A stretch of 64,000 bases of DNA from Acidobacteriota bacterium (lineage in GTDB: Bacteria; Acidobacteriota; Thermoanaerobaculia; Gp7-AA8), in the NCBI GenBank assembly GCA_019244185.1, contig JAFATB010000022.1:320001-384000 (forward strand). The letters are read 5' to 3'. Below are positions 7,915 through 18,128 of this stretch, piece after piece. The notes under the pieces were generated by a model that worked only from the letters and a program-made list of their open reading frames with translations, was not told the DNA's origin and ran no database searches. The first letter of the stretch is position 1, and every line of letters starts with the position of its first letter. The position numbers and the translations under genes were made by a program.

Positions 7915-10676
7915 GACGGCTCCTGCGCGCCTCCGCCGAGGAGTGTCCGCGGATCGTGAAACGGCTGCAGCGCGCGGCGCTCGTCCGCGTCGTGTTTCGT
8001 GCGGCACGAATGGTTCACCGGGCAGTACTTGCACGAGTTGAACTGATCGTCTTTCTCGTTCGGAAAGGCGGGGAACGCGCCGGCCGCGATCGCGCGCGCG
8101 AAGATGGCCAGCGTCTCGAGAATGCCGTCGCGTTTCTCGTGCAGCGCGAAGCCGAACTTCCCTTTGCCGTTGCCGGCGATCGGGCGGATCGTGCCGCTGA
8201 CCTGTTTCGCGTCGGCGCCGAAGAACTCCGCGACGGCCATCGCGTACAGCGCGAGCTGCAGCCGCACGCCGCGATCGATCTTCGTGGCGAGGTTGTCGTG
8301 GCGCAGCGCCTTGCCGGACTTGTAGTCGACGATGCGAAAGCGGCCGTCGTCCGCGGCGTCGATGCGGTCGATGGTCCCTTCGACGCGCAGCGGCGCGCCT
8401 CCAGTCTCGACGACGAACGCCTCGGTGCGATCGGCGCGCTCGCGATGCTTGCCGCCGAACTTGTACTCGAACCAGCGCGGCACGAGCCCCTGCGCGTCGA
8501 GGTCGGCGAGGTCGTACGTGAGGAACTGCCGCAGGATGCGCTTCGTGGCGCGGCGCTCGATGTCGCGAATGGCACGGTTGAACGGCGGCGTGGTGCGGTC
8601 GATCTCGTCGAACTGCGCGTCTACGACGCCGTCGAGCCGCTCCACGAACGCGCGCGGCAACTGCGGCAGCGACGCGGCCGCGTCGGCGATCTCGGCGGGC
8701 GGCGTGGCGCGGTAGAAACGCTCCAGGATGCGGTGATCGACGATGCCTTTCTCGCGGTGATGGATCTGCAGCTCGCGCTCGGGATGATCGATGTCTTCGA
8801 CGCCGAGGATGTGCTTGAGGAGGAACTTGTGCGGACACTCGCCGAAGTCTTCGAGCTGCGTCGGCGAGAGCGCCGCGAGCGGCGGCGGCGGAGGGACGTA
8901 GCCGTCGAAGGACGAGCGCGTCCCGGCTTTCGCGAGCAGCTGCAGTTGGCGCTCCGACGCGCGTTCGGAATGCGCGACGCTCGTGCGCGGACGCGTCTCA
9001 TTCGCGATGCCGCGCAGATAGCGCGAAGGCCGCAGCACTTTGCCGAATCCGTCGCCGGCGGCGAAGCTGAAGTGGAGGTCGTTCGCGGCGTCGTGCACGA
9101 GGCCGAAGAGCAGCGCTTCCTCGTCGCGGCCGTCGCCGATGAGGCGCAGTCCGAGCGTGCGGCGATCGGCATCGGGCAGCAGCGGATCTTCGGTGCGGCG
9201 CTGCGGGAAAACGTCGTCCTGCATGCGCACGACGAACAGGTGTTCGAATGAGCGGCCGCGGAAGCGCATCACGTCGCCGGCCCAGATGCCGTTGCGCGTT
9301 GACGTCCTCAACGTCTCGTGCTCGATGGCGTCGATGGCCGCCGCCGCGTCGATACCGCGCGTCCAGATCGCGGCGCGGCGGAAGAGTGCGGCCACGTCGT
9401 CGAGCTTCTGCGCGGCGGCGAGGTCGGACTCGGTCTCGATGCGAAAGAGGCTACCGAGGCTCGCGAGGTCGAGCGACGCGGTGAGCGTCTCCAGCTCCGC
9501 GACGAGCGTGATGTAGTCGTCGAGCTCGCGCGTGCGCCGTGCGATCGCGCGCAACTCATCGCTCGTGCCGCCGGCGATGCGCGCCTTGCGCGTGGCGGCG
9601 TCGACCGCGTCGACGTCGAGCTGCGTTTCGATGTGCAATCCGTCGCGCACGAGCTCGAGCACGTCCGCGCGCGGAAAGCCGCGCTCGCGCAGCTTGAGCA
9701 GCGTCACCGCGCCACGGCCGAGGCGATGCGCGATGAGCGGCGTCTCCTCGGCGATCGTCGTCGTGAAGCCGTGATCTTTCGCAAGACGCTGGATGAGCCG
9801 CGCGTCGTACGGTTCGAGCGAGCGCGCCACGATGCCGATCGCGTGTGGCGGCGTGCCGTTCGCGAGCAGCTCCGCGATCTGCGCGCAGACGTCGCGCAGC
9901 TCGTCGTACGGCGTGTCGTACTTCGTCGCGCGCGTGTGCGGCTGCGGGCGCGGCGGCATCGTCTCGTGCACGTCGAAGGCGCGGAGAAACGGCTGCGCGA
10001 AGGCGGCGTCGGTCGGGATGTAGACGTCGACGTCGATGTGGCTGCCGGCGATGCCGCGGACGAGCGCGAGCTGCGCGCCGGTCATGTCATAGAAGCCGGC
10101 CACGAGCTGTCGCGGCACGCGCGCGCCGCTCGCGAGGAGGCGCGTGGCGCTCATGAGCAAATCGGCGGGATCGATGGCGCGCAGCTGCGAAATGAGGCGC
10201 TCGTACTCGGTCCACGCGCGGACGATTGCGTCGGTGCGTCGCGCGTTGCGCAGCGCGCGCGTCGACTTGATGCGCGACTGCAGTTCGGCGAGCGTCACGC
10301 CGCCGTCGCGCACGTCGCGATAGGAGCGCTCGAGCATCGTCGCGACGCCGCGGCTCTCCATCAGCGGATGATCGACGGCCCGCACGGCCATGCGCATGGC
10401 CAGGCGCCGCTCCGCGTCGCTGGCCACGCGTGGGAACTGACCGTTTGCGTTCAGGATGCGCGCCGCGAGCTCGTCGATGCGTTGCAGGCGCAGCGCGGCG
10501 ATCCCGTGCGGAAAGTGTTCGAGGAGCGCCTCGGCGATCGCCTCGGCCATTCCGCGCGACGGCACGAGCACGTCCGCGGGCCACGGCGCGAGCGGATCGC
10601 TGCCGCGTTCCGCGGCGAGGCGGGCGGCGATCTCGAGAGCGATGGTGCGATAAGGGGCGAGCCGGACGACGGGCAT
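7911..10676 (-). CDS. addB: AddB-like inactive helicase with PD-(D/E)XK nuclease and Fe-S staple
   Basis: LSPTQLEDFGECP, GTIDRID, IVDYKSG, LQLALYA, CKYCPVNHSC (four Fe-S cysteines); coupled to addA. Confidence 0.85.
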   Translation of the reverse strand: MPVVRLAPYRTIALEIAARLAAERGSDPLAPWPADVLVPSRGMAEAIAEALLEHFPHGIAALRLQRIDELAARILNANGQFPRVASDAERRLAMRMAVRAVDHPLMESRGVATMLERSYRDVRDGGVTLAELQSRIKSTRALRNARRTDAIVRAWTEYERLISQLRAIDPADLLMSATRLLASGARVPRQLVAGFYDMTGAQLALVRGIAGSHIDVDVYIPTDAAFAQPFLRAFDVHETMPPRPQPHTRATKYDTPYDELRDVCAQIAELLANGTPPHAIGIVARSLEPYDARLIQRLAKDHGFTTTIAEETPLIAHRLGRGAVTLLKLRERGFPRADVLELVRDGLHIETQLDVDAVDAATRKARIAGGTSDELRAIARRTRELDDYITLVAELETLTASLDLASLGSLFRIETESDLAAAQKLDDVAALFRRAAIWTRGIDAAAAIDAIEHETLRTSTRNGIWAGDVMRFRGRSFEHLFVVRMQDDVFPQRRTEDPLLPDADRRTLGLRLIGDGRDEEALLFGLVHDAANDLHFSFAAGDGFGKVLRPSRYLRGIANETRPRTSVAHSERASERQLQLLAKAGTRSSFDGYVPPPPPLAALSPTQLEDFGECPHKFLLKHILGVEDIDHPERELQIHHREKGIVDHRILERFYRATPPAEIADAAASLPQLPRAFVERLDGVVDAQFDEIDRTTPPFNRAIRDIERRATKRILRQFLTYDLADLDAQGLVPRWFEYKFGGKHRERADRTEAFVVETGGAPLRVEGTIDRIDAADDGRFRIVDYKSGKALRHDNLATKIDRGVRLQLALYAMAVAEFFGADAKQVSGTIRPIAGNGKGKFGFALHEKRDGILETLAIFARAIAAGAFPAFPNEKDDQFNSCKYCPVNHSCRTKHDADERRALQPFHDPRTLLGGGAQEPS

Positions 10677-10772
10677 GAAGTTATTGCGATTCTAGCAGTT
10701 GAGCCGTCCGCGCCGGGCGTGCACGGAATTGGCAATCGGGCTCCGAAGTGGTTCATCAGATAATGCCCGCCG

Positions 10773-11252
10773 ATGGGAAAACGCCGCGTGCACGTGATCG
10801 TCGTGCGCAAGCCGGTCACGTTCGCCTTCCTCGCCGCCACCACGCTGGCGATGGCGGCGCTGCTCTGGTTTCTCTCGGGGAAGGCCTACGCGGCGGACGA
10901 GCATCCGGTGCGCGAGCTGCTGGGTCGCGCGTTCGGCTCGCGGCGCGCGCCGCTCTCGCGCGACGCGCTGCTGGCCTTTCTCATGCCCGTCATCGCGAAC
11001 ATGCTGCTGTTCGTCCCGTGGGGCTTCTTCTCGTTCCTGGCACTCGACCGCACCTCGCGATCGCGCGCGCGGACGTACGCGATGACGCTCGTCGCCGCGC
11101 TCGTGCTCGCGGCGGCGATGAATCTCTGGCAACAGTTTCTGCCGACGCGCGTGATCTCGCCGTTCGACCTCTTCGCGAACGGCGCGGGCGCGCTCGGCGG
11201 CGCGGCGCTGGGGCACGCGCGCAAGGGGCTGCGCGTCACCTTCGACTTCTGA
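10773..11252 (+). CDS. VanZ family membrane protein
   Basis: ANMLLFVPWGF and QQFLPTRVISPFDLFANGAG motifs. Confidence 0.85.
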   Translation: MGKRRVHVIVVRKPVTFAFLAATTLAMAALLWFLSGKAYAADEHPVRELLGRAFGSRRAPLSRDALLAFLMPVIANMLLFVPWGFFSFLALDRTSRSRARTYAMTLVAALVLAAAMNLWQQFLPTRVISPFDLFANGAGALGGAALGHARKGLRVTFDF

Positions 11253-11262
11253 GGGACCCTCG

Positions 11263-11634
11263 ATGATCCTGGTGGTGGAAGACGATCCGCAGGTCTCGCG
11301 TCTCATCTCGCTGGTCCTGCAGCGGAACGGATACGAGTCGCACGTCGTGGCCGACGGCCACAGCGCGCTGGCCGCCGCGCGCGAGTTGTGCCCGGTCATG
11401 ATCTTCGCCGACCTGACGATCAAGGGCATGGCCGGCGACGCGCTCTGCAGCACGCTCAAGTCGCTGCCGGAAACGAAAGAAATCCCATACGTGGTCGTCT
11501 CCGGCGACCGCGACATCGCTGAAAAGGCACGCATTTGCGGCGCCGACGACTACATGGGCAAACCTTTTGAATTCGAGGACCTGATTCGTCTCGTCAAAAA
11601 ATATGCAAGAGCTGAAAGCCGAAAAGCCGATTGA
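11263..11634 (+). CDS. Single-domain response regulator (REC)
   Basis: ILVVEDD, FADLT phospho-Asp, VSG, GADDYMGKPF. Confidence 0.9.
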   Translation: MILVVEDDPQVSRLISLVLQRNGYESHVVADGHSALAAARELCPVMIFADLTIKGMAGDALCSTLKSLPETKEIPYVVVSGDRDIAEKARICGADDYMGKPFEFEDLIRLVKKYARAESRKAD

Positions 11635-12220
11635 GTCTCCCGCGGGCACCGATCCCGTGCTGCGACTCCTCGAGCGCCTCTCCGAAGAAGGATTCACCAC
11701 CGAGCAAGGGCCGGAGTGGTGGGACGAGTACGGCGAGGTGATCTATCGCCGCGACGAACATCTGCCTCTCACCAAAGGCGAGACCGTCTTCATCTTCACG
11801 CGCATCCCCGAGCTGAACGAGCGCATCCTCCGCCAGACCTCGGAGTCGGTCGTGCAGACGTACCGCGCGAAGTCGGCCACGCAGATGGCGCTGTCCGTGC
11901 TGCAGTCGACGACCGTCTATCACTGCCTCGTCTGCACGAACGACGAGCCGCACAACGAGCCGCTCAGCGAGTACATCACCCGCAGCGGCGGCGCGACGTT
12001 CATCCCGGTCGTGATCGTGCCCGGCATCAACGAGGTTGTTTATCCCAATCTCGAGGACAAGGTCGGCGTGGTCCGGCCGCGCGTCGAGTACCTCCAGTAC
12101 CTCCTCGGCGAACGGCGCGAGCCGGTGAACATGCACAAGACCACCGTGCAGGCGCTCTGGATCTCGCTCGCCATCGTGGCGCTGCTGCTGGTTGCGGTGA
12201 TCTTCTCGTTCGTGACGTAG
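11603..12220 (+). CDS. Hypothetical protein with C-terminal TM anchor
   Basis: 205-aa ORF with typical codon usage, alpha/beta N-terminal part, hydrophobic C-terminus. Confidence 0.7.
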   Translation: MQELKAEKPIESPAGTDPVLRLLERLSEEGFTTEQGPEWWDEYGEVIYRRDEHLPLTKGETVFIFTRIPELNERILRQTSESVVQTYRAKSATQMALSVLQSTTVYHCLVCTNDEPHNEPLSEYITRSGGATFIPVVIVPGINEVVYPNLEDKVGVVRPRVEYLQYLLGERREPVNMHKTTVQALWISLAIVALLLVAVIFSFVT

Positions 12221-12230
12221 CATCTCCGGC

Positions 12231-13496
12231 GTGAGCGTCACGAACCGCTCCGCCGGTTTGCTGCTGTTGGGATGCGGCGTCGCGCTCGCGCTGTTCGCGT
12301 CGTGGACGGTCGATCGTCGCACCGACGCCGAGCTCGCCGCCGATTACGGCGCGCGCGCCAGCCGGTCGCTCGTCGAGTACTGGCTCGCGCACGGCTATTT
12401 CGATTCCGGCGGATTGCTGATCTTCACGGCGCCGAATGAGCCGGCCGTCGTCTACCGGAATTCGACCGGCGGCGAGCTCGTGACCGCGTTCGTCGCCGAG
12501 AAACTGCACGGCGGCTTCAGCGCGCGCCTCCTCGCGTGGCACAACCTCATCGTGCTGATGCTCGCGTCGACGTGCGTGGCGCTGCTCGGCTTTCGTCTGT
12601 CGCGCATGCTCGACACGCCGCCGCTCCACGCGCTCGCCCTCGCGGCGGCGTCGCAGGCCGTCTTCTTCACGTTCCCTGACAATCTCGCCACGTACTGGCA
12701 CATGTCGTCCTGGGTGTTCTGGATCGCATTCGTCTGTATGTTCTTCGCACTCGACGATCGCTCGCCGCTCTTGCAGGCCGTCGCGCTGTTCGTCGCCGCG
12801 TACATGGAATTCGTGGCCGGCATCTTCTTCGCGCTCGCATACGTCGGCGTCACACTGCTGCTCGATGGCCCGCGTACGTTGCGCCGCACGGTGACGACCG
12901 TCGTCGCGCCGACGTGCCTCGCGCTCGCGGTGTTCGGCGCGCAACTGTTGTGGATCCGCGCGCATCACCCCGAACTGCCGCGCAAGGGGAGCGGCTTCGC
13001 ATACCGCAGCGGACTCGATGGCGGCTCGCGCGACGTCTATCGCGATCAACGCGACATCGCCTTCGGCCGCGACCACGTGCGCGACGGCTTCCGCCGCGCC
13101 GGCTTCACGAACGTCGCGCAGCTCTTTCGCTGGCCCTGGCTCTTCGCCGGCGGCGTGCTCGCGTTCGTCGCCACGCTCATCGCCGCCACCCGCGGCCGCA
13201 TCCCGCGCCGCGCGCTCATCGTCCTGCTGTCGCTCGTCGCCTGCTACGTCCTCTACGCCGCCGTCTTCAGCCAGGCCGTCGCCCTGCATCCGTACTTTTT
13301 CGACCTGCTCCTCTTCACACCGCTGATGCTCGCGCTGTTCGTCCTCGTGCCGTCGGCGCTCGAGACGATGACCACGCAGCGCGGCATCGTCGTCATCGCC
13401 GTACTGCTGCTCGCGGTCTGGATCTCGATGCTGCAGGTGCGGCGCTACGCGCTGCAATATCCGGCGGCGGCGCCGGCGGTCCGTGCGCCTTCCTGA
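12231..13496 (+). CDS. Polytopic membrane protein (possible GT-C-like)
   Basis: 421 aa, about 10 TM segments, periplasmic loops, late HPY motif. Confidence 0.6.
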   Translation: MSVTNRSAGLLLLGCGVALALFASWTVDRRTDAELAADYGARASRSLVEYWLAHGYFDSGGLLIFTAPNEPAVVYRNSTGGELVTAFVAEKLHGGFSARLLAWHNLIVLMLASTCVALLGFRLSRMLDTPPLHALALAAASQAVFFTFPDNLATYWHMSSWVFWIAFVCMFFALDDRSPLLQAVALFVAAYMEFVAGIFFALAYVGVTLLLDGPRTLRRTVTTVVAPTCLALAVFGAQLLWIRAHHPELPRKGSGFAYRSGLDGGSRDVYRDQRDIAFGRDHVRDGFRRAGFTNVAQLFRWPWLFAGGVLAFVATLIAATRGRIPRRALIVLLSLVACYVLYAAVFSQAVALHPYFFDLLLFTPLMLALFVLVPSALETMTTQRGIVVIAVLLLAVWISMLQVRRYALQYPAAAPAVRAPS

Positions 13497-13519
13497 CAAC
13501 GGGTACAATCCGCCGCGCC

Positions 13520-14581
13520 ATGGCCTTTTCGCTTCGGCCGAAGGATGTTTTCGACGAGCTGCGCAAGACTGTCGTCGGACAGGATGACGCCATCCGCGAG
13601 ATTTCCGTCGCGCTGGTGAAGCATCTCGTCGGGCATCCGGCGCCGAACCTGCTCCTCGTCGGTAACTCGGGCTCGGGGAAGACGACGCTCATGCGCTCCG
13701 TCGAGCAGTTCCTCTCGCGGACGCCGGGGCTGCGCGAGTACGCGAACGTCGTGCGCCTCAACGCGAACGTGCTCGCCGAAGAACGCCAGGGCTACGGCAA
13801 AGTGGTCCTCGGGCGGCTCTACGCGAACGCGAAGAAGATGCTCGGCGCGAACGCGTCGCGCGACGACCTCGTGCGCGCCGTCGAGCGTGGCATCGTGTTC
13901 ATCGACGAAGTCGACAAGATCCGCGCGGACGTGCGCGGCGAGCCGAACGTGCGCGGCATCGTCGCGCAGGAAGCGCTGCTGACGCTGATGGAGAACGAGA
14001 ACGTCGACTTCGAGGCCGATGGCGACACCTTCCTCATCAACTCCGCGCACGTGCTCTTCGTCGCCGCTGGCGCGTTCGAAGAGCTGTACGAGTCCGTCCT
14101 CCGCCGCGCGACGCTCGGGCAGGATGTGACGCCGATGAAGCCGGTCGTCGTCGTCTCGGCGTCGGGCGAAGTGCGCGAGGAGTTGCCGTTCCATCTCGCC
14201 GACTACCTCAAGTACGACGACCTCTTTCGCTACGGCATGACCCCGCAGTTCGTTTCGCGCTTCGAGGCCATCGTCGTGCTCAACGATCTCGGCGAAGGCG
14301 ACCTCGCGCGCATCTTCGTCGAGCCCGAGGGCTCGATTTTTCGCACGTCGCGCGAATACTTCCGCCGCTTCGGCATCGACCTGCAGATCACGCGCAACGC
14401 GCTCATCGCCATCGCCTGGGATGCGTCGCGCCAGAAGCGCCTCGGCGCGCGCGCGTTGCGCGAGACGTTCCGCCGCGTCATCCGCGGACTCGAGTTCGAG
14501 CCGGCCGCCGCGGGCGTCCTCACCATCGACGAAGACATGGTCAAGCGCGCCATCGCCGCGCGCGAGTCCGGAACTCGCTAA
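13520..14581 (+). CDS. ClpX/HslU-family AAA+ ATPase, divergent
   Basis: VVGQDDA, Walker A GNSGSGKT, Walker B IVFIDEVDKI, QEALLTLME, YGMTPQFVSRF, LGARALR; no N-terminal C4 zinc domain. Confidence 0.85.
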   Translation: MAFSLRPKDVFDELRKTVVGQDDAIREISVALVKHLVGHPAPNLLLVGNSGSGKTTLMRSVEQFLSRTPGLREYANVVRLNANVLAEERQGYGKVVLGRLYANAKKMLGANASRDDLVRAVERGIVFIDEVDKIRADVRGEPNVRGIVAQEALLTLMENENVDFEADGDTFLINSAHVLFVAAGAFEELYESVLRRATLGQDVTPMKPVVVVSASGEVREELPFHLADYLKYDDLFRYGMTPQFVSRFEAIVVLNDLGEGDLARIFVEPEGSIFRTSREYFRRFGIDLQITRNALIAIAWDASRQKRLGARALRETFRRVIRGLEFEPAAAGVLTIDEDMVKRAIAARESGTR

Positions 14582-14589
14582 GACATCAC

Positions 14590-15519
14590 ATGGGTGAACC
14601 GAAAAAGGGCTTCTTCGACAAACTGAAACGTGGGCTCTTCATGACCCACACCGAGATCATCGAGAAGGTCAAGGACGCGATGACGCCCGACCTTCCGATC
14701 GATCAAGCCGCGCTCGACGGACTCGAGGAAGGTCTCCTCGGCGCCGACGTCGGCGCGGAACTCACGATGGCGCTCGTCGGCCGTCTCGAACAGCGCGTGC
14801 GCGACGAGAAGATCTCGAAGATGGATCGCCTCACGCAGGTCATCCGCGAGGAAACGCGCGCGCTCATCCCGCAGCGCAAGGCCGCGACGATCGAGATCGC
14901 GAAGGCGAAGCCGTTCGTCATCCTCGTCGTCGGCGTGAACGGCACCGGCAAGACCACCACCATCGCGAAGCTCGCGCAGCGCTGGAAGAACGAAGGCAAG
15001 AGCGTCGTCCTCGGCGCGGCCGACACGTTCCGCGCCGCCGCGATCGAGCAGCTCGGCATGTGGGCGGACCGCATCGGCGTGCCGCTCGTGAAGCACAAGG
15101 CCGGCTCCGATCCCGCGGCCGTCGCGCACGACACCGTTTCCGCAGCGAAGTCGCGCGGCGCCGACGTCGTGATCATCGATACCGCCGGCCGCCTGCACAA
15201 CAAGTCGCACCTCATGCAGGAGCTGTCGAAGATCCACCGCGTCATCGACAAGGAACTGCCCGGCGCGCCGCACGAGACGCTGCTCGTCATCGACGGCACG
15301 ACCGGCCAGAACGGCGTCAATCAGGCCGCGGCGTTTCTCGAGGCGGCGAAAGTCTCGGGCATGGTCGTGACGAAACTCGACGGCACGGCGAAAGGCGGCG
15401 TGATCCTCTCGATCATGCGGCAGTTCGACATCCCGGTGAAGTTCATCGGCGTCGGCGAAGGTGCCGACGATCTCATTCCGTTCGATCCGCAGGCCTACGT
15501 CGACACGCTCTTCGAATGA
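14590..15519 (+). CDS. ftsY: SRP receptor GTPase FtsY
   Basis: GVNGTGKTTTIAKLA, DTFRAAA, DTAGR, TKLDGTAKGG, GVGE. Confidence 0.97.
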   Translation: MGEPKKGFFDKLKRGLFMTHTEIIEKVKDAMTPDLPIDQAALDGLEEGLLGADVGAELTMALVGRLEQRVRDEKISKMDRLTQVIREETRALIPQRKAATIEIAKAKPFVILVVGVNGTGKTTTIAKLAQRWKNEGKSVVLGAADTFRAAAIEQLGMWADRIGVPLVKHKAGSDPAAVAHDTVSAAKSRGADVVIIDTAGRLHNKSHLMQELSKIHRVIDKELPGAPHETLLVIDGTTGQNGVNQAAAFLEAAKVSGMVVTKLDGTAKGGVILSIMRQFDIPVKFIGVGEGADDLIPFDPQAYVDTLFE

Positions 15520-16139
15520 TGCGCCGCGTTCTGCTCCTCGCGCTCGCACTCGCGCTGCCGCTGCAGGCGGCGGAGCTCGAAGTAGGCATCCGCCACGTCG
15601 TGATGCAGCCGATGGGGGATCAGTCGTTTCCCGGCGGCAAGCTCGATCTGCCGCTGGCGCGCGGCTTCGGCGCGAGCGCGGAAGTGTTCTGGACCGAGCG
15701 CGTGTCGACACAGCTCGCGGCGACGTTCGTCAATCCCGAGGCGATTCTTCGTCCCGCGACGCCGCCGCCGAACGACGTCGACCTCGGCACGCTCGGCATC
15801 GCGATGTACACGCTCAGCGCGCGCTATCACTTCCGGGCGGACGCGCGCTTCTCGCCGTTCGCCGGGGCGGGCGGCGCGCTCGTGACGCTCGGCGATCTCG
15901 ACGATCAATTCGGCGACGCGATCGAAGTGCGCTTCCCGCACGAGACCACGTTCCTCGCCGAAGCGGGCGTGCGCTATCGATTCCGGCCGAGCGTGCGCTT
16001 CGAGCTCGGCGCGTCGTACATGCCGCTCGAGGCGCGGGCGCGTGTCGAGCGCAACATGAACGTTCCACGCGTCGAGTTGCCGTCGCGCGTCGCCGTCGAT
16101 CCGCTGACGATCAGCGGCGCGGTGGCGTGGCGTTTCTGA
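15516..16139 (+). CDS. OmpW-like outer-membrane beta-barrel protein
   Basis: Signal peptide MRRVLLLALALALPLQA, YHF..FSPFAGAGG, VDPLTISGAVAWRF with terminal Phe. Confidence 0.75.
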   Translation: MMRRVLLLALALALPLQAAELEVGIRHVVMQPMGDQSFPGGKLDLPLARGFGASAEVFWTERVSTQLAATFVNPEAILRPATPPPNDVDLGTLGIAMYTLSARYHFRADARFSPFAGAGGALVTLGDLDDQFGDAIEVRFPHETTFLAEAGVRYRFRPSVRFELGASYMPLEARARVERNMNVPRVELPSRVAVDPLTISGAVAWRF

Positions 16140-16671
16140 ACTGCGCGCCGAGGGTGAGCGCGAAGACGTTCAGGCCGGGGTTGCGCGGCGCGTAGCCGCC
16201 GTTCGAAATGTGCACGAAGCGATAGCCGAGCATCAGCGGCACGCGCGCGCCGCGCAGCAGCAGGATGCCCGCTCCGGCCTGCGAGACGAAGTTGAAACGC
16301 GACGTCGACGCCGGCACGCGCTTCTCCGCCCACATCGGCCCGGTCGAGCCTTCGAGGTAGAAGCGGCCGAACGCGCGGCGCGCGAGCAGCGAGCCGGAGA
16401 GTGCGCGCACGCGCTCGTTGCCGTCGCCGAACTCCGCGCCGAACCAGCTGCGCGGCTGCCAGAGATTCATCGTCGCGCCGACGAACGCGACTTCCGTGCG
16501 CGGGGAAAGCGCGCGTGCGAGCTCGACGTTGACTGCCTGCAGGTCCGCCTGCCCGTGCCACGTGGTCGTGCTCTTGCCGCCGGTCGCGTAGACGCTGATG
16601 CGGTCGATGTTCTGCGCGCGTGCCGCGGTGGCGAGCAATGCGAACGCGACGGCCAGGACGCTTCTGCGCAT
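16111..16671 (-). CDS. Acyloxyacyl hydrolase / PagL-like lipid A deacylase
   Basis: Signal peptide, RFNFVSQAGAG, YRFVHISNGG..NPGLN catalytic His-Ser motif. Confidence 0.8.
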   Translation of the reverse strand: MRRSVLAVAFALLATAARAQNIDRISVYATGGKSTTTWHGQADLQAVNVELARALSPRTEVAFVGATMNLWQPRSWFGAEFGDGNERVRALSGSLLARRAFGRFYLEGSTGPMWAEKRVPASTSRFNFVSQAGAGILLLRGARVPLMLGYRFVHISNGGYAPRNPGLNVFALTLGAQFRNATPPRR

Positions 16672-16697
16672 GAGAGCCCCCGAGAAATCCGAAAGAC

Positions 16698-18128
16698 CTA
16701 CGAATGCGCGCGGAGATCGGATTGCGCGATGGGCGCCACGAACTTCCGCCCCGCGTCGAGCAAATGCTTGAGATCGCGCGGACTGCCGGCCTCCGCGTAC
16801 AGCCGCCCCACCGGCTCGGTGCCCGACAGGCGGAATAGCAGCCACGTGTTCTCGCCGAAGATCAGCTTCACGCCGTCGGTCGTGTTCACGTCGCGTACCG
16901 TGAAGCCGTCGATCTGGCGCGGCGGGTCGTCGAGCTTCGCCGCGAGCGTTTCCTTCAGCTGCTGCGTCAGCTTGAGGTCGACGCGCTTGGAGAGGAACGT
17001 CCCGAACTCGGCGTACAGCTCCTCGATCAGCTGGCTGAGCTTCTTGCCCGTGCGCGCGACCATCTCCGCCACGAGGAGGCACGCGAGCACGCCGTCCTTT
17101 TCCGGCAGATGGCCGTACATCGACATGCCGGCCGACTCTTCGCCGCCGAGGGCGATCCGGTTCTCGAGGATCAGCTCGCCGATGAACTTGAAGCCGACCG
17201 GCGTCTCGTAGACCGGCACGTCGAGCTTGCGCGCGATCGCGTCGATGAGGTGCGTGGTCGCGACCGAGCGCGCCAGGCCGCCGGCGATCTTGCGCTCGCG
17301 CTTGAGGTAGAGCGACAGCAGCGCGAGGATCGTGTTCGCGGGGACGAAGCGGTGGCGATCGTCGATGATGCCGAAGCGGTCCGCGTCGCCGTCGGTGGCC
17401 AGGCCGAGGTCGAAGTTCTCGGCGGCGGCGACCTCGCGCAGTTCGATGAGGTTCTTCTCGTTGCACTCCGGGGAAAATCCACCGAAGTACGGATCGCGAT
17501 AGTTATGGATGATCTTGGCTTCGATCCCTGCGTCGAGCAGGAAGTAATCGAGGTAGTCGCGGGCGGTGCCGTACAGCGAGTCGATGGCGATGCGCAGGCC
17601 GCTGCCGCGGATGATGTCGACGTCGACCTTCTGCCGCAGTTCGTCGAGATAGCGGTTCTTCGGGTCGATGGCTTCGATCAGCTCGGTCTTCTCGTAGACG
17701 TCGAGGCGCTCGTTGTTCTGCTGCACCGCGTGGATCTCGCGCTCGATCTGTTTCGTGATCTCCGGCAGCGCAGGCGCGCCGTTCGAGGTCGAGAACTTGA
17801 GGCCGTTGTATTCGGGCGGGTTGTGCGAGGCGGTGAAGTTGATCGCGCCCATGGCGCGGCGGCGGATGATCTCGAACGAGACCACCGGCGTCGGCACGTC
17901 GCGCACGCAGAGGAAGGCCTTGATGCCGTTGAAGGCGAGGATCTTGGCGGCTTCGGACGCGAACTTTTCGGAGAGGAAGCGCGTGTCGTAGGCGACGATG
18001 ACGCCCGAGCCGCGCTGCGCCGATTTCTTGAGATAGTTCGCGACTCCCTGGCTGGCGATCCGGACGTTCTCGAACGTAAAGTCTTCGCCGATGACGCCTC
18101 GCCACCCGGAAGTCCCAAATCTGATCAT
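16698..18128 (-). CDS. Phosphoglucomutase/phosphomannomutase family protein
   Basis: FGTSGWRG, TASHNP, DGDADR, GGEESAG, FRLSGTEP. Confidence 0.95.
   Translation of the reverse strand: MIRFGTSGWRGVIGEDFTFENVRIASQGVANYLKKSAQRGSGVIVAYDTRFLSEKFASEAAKILAFNGIKAFLCVRDVPTPVVSFEIIRRRAMGAINFTASHNPPEYNGLKFSTSNGAPALPEITKQIEREIHAVQQNNERLDVYEKTELIEAIDPKNRYLDELRQKVDVDIIRGSGLRIAIDSLYGTARDYLDYFLLDAGIEAKIIHNYRDPYFGGFSPECNEKNLIELREVAAAENFDLGLATDGDADRFGIIDDRHRFVPANTILALLSLYLKRERKIAGGLARSVATTHLIDAIARKLDVPVYETPVGFKFIGELILENRIALGGEESAGMSMYGHLPEKDGVLACLLVAEMVARTGKKLSQLIEELYAEFGTFLSKRVDLKLTQQLKETLAAKLDDPPRQIDGFTVRDVNTTDGVKLIFGENTWLLFRLSGTEPVGRLYAEAGSPRDLKHLLDAGRKFVAPIAQSDLRAHS

Noticed and set aside
4078-7959. 1293-aa plus-strand ORF and many other long Arg/Ala-rich ORFs (e.g. 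19283-22039, 17109-19361, 55055-57328)
   Set aside because: Antisense or shifted shadows of clearly identifiable genes, expected from strong GC3 bias; no protein motifs
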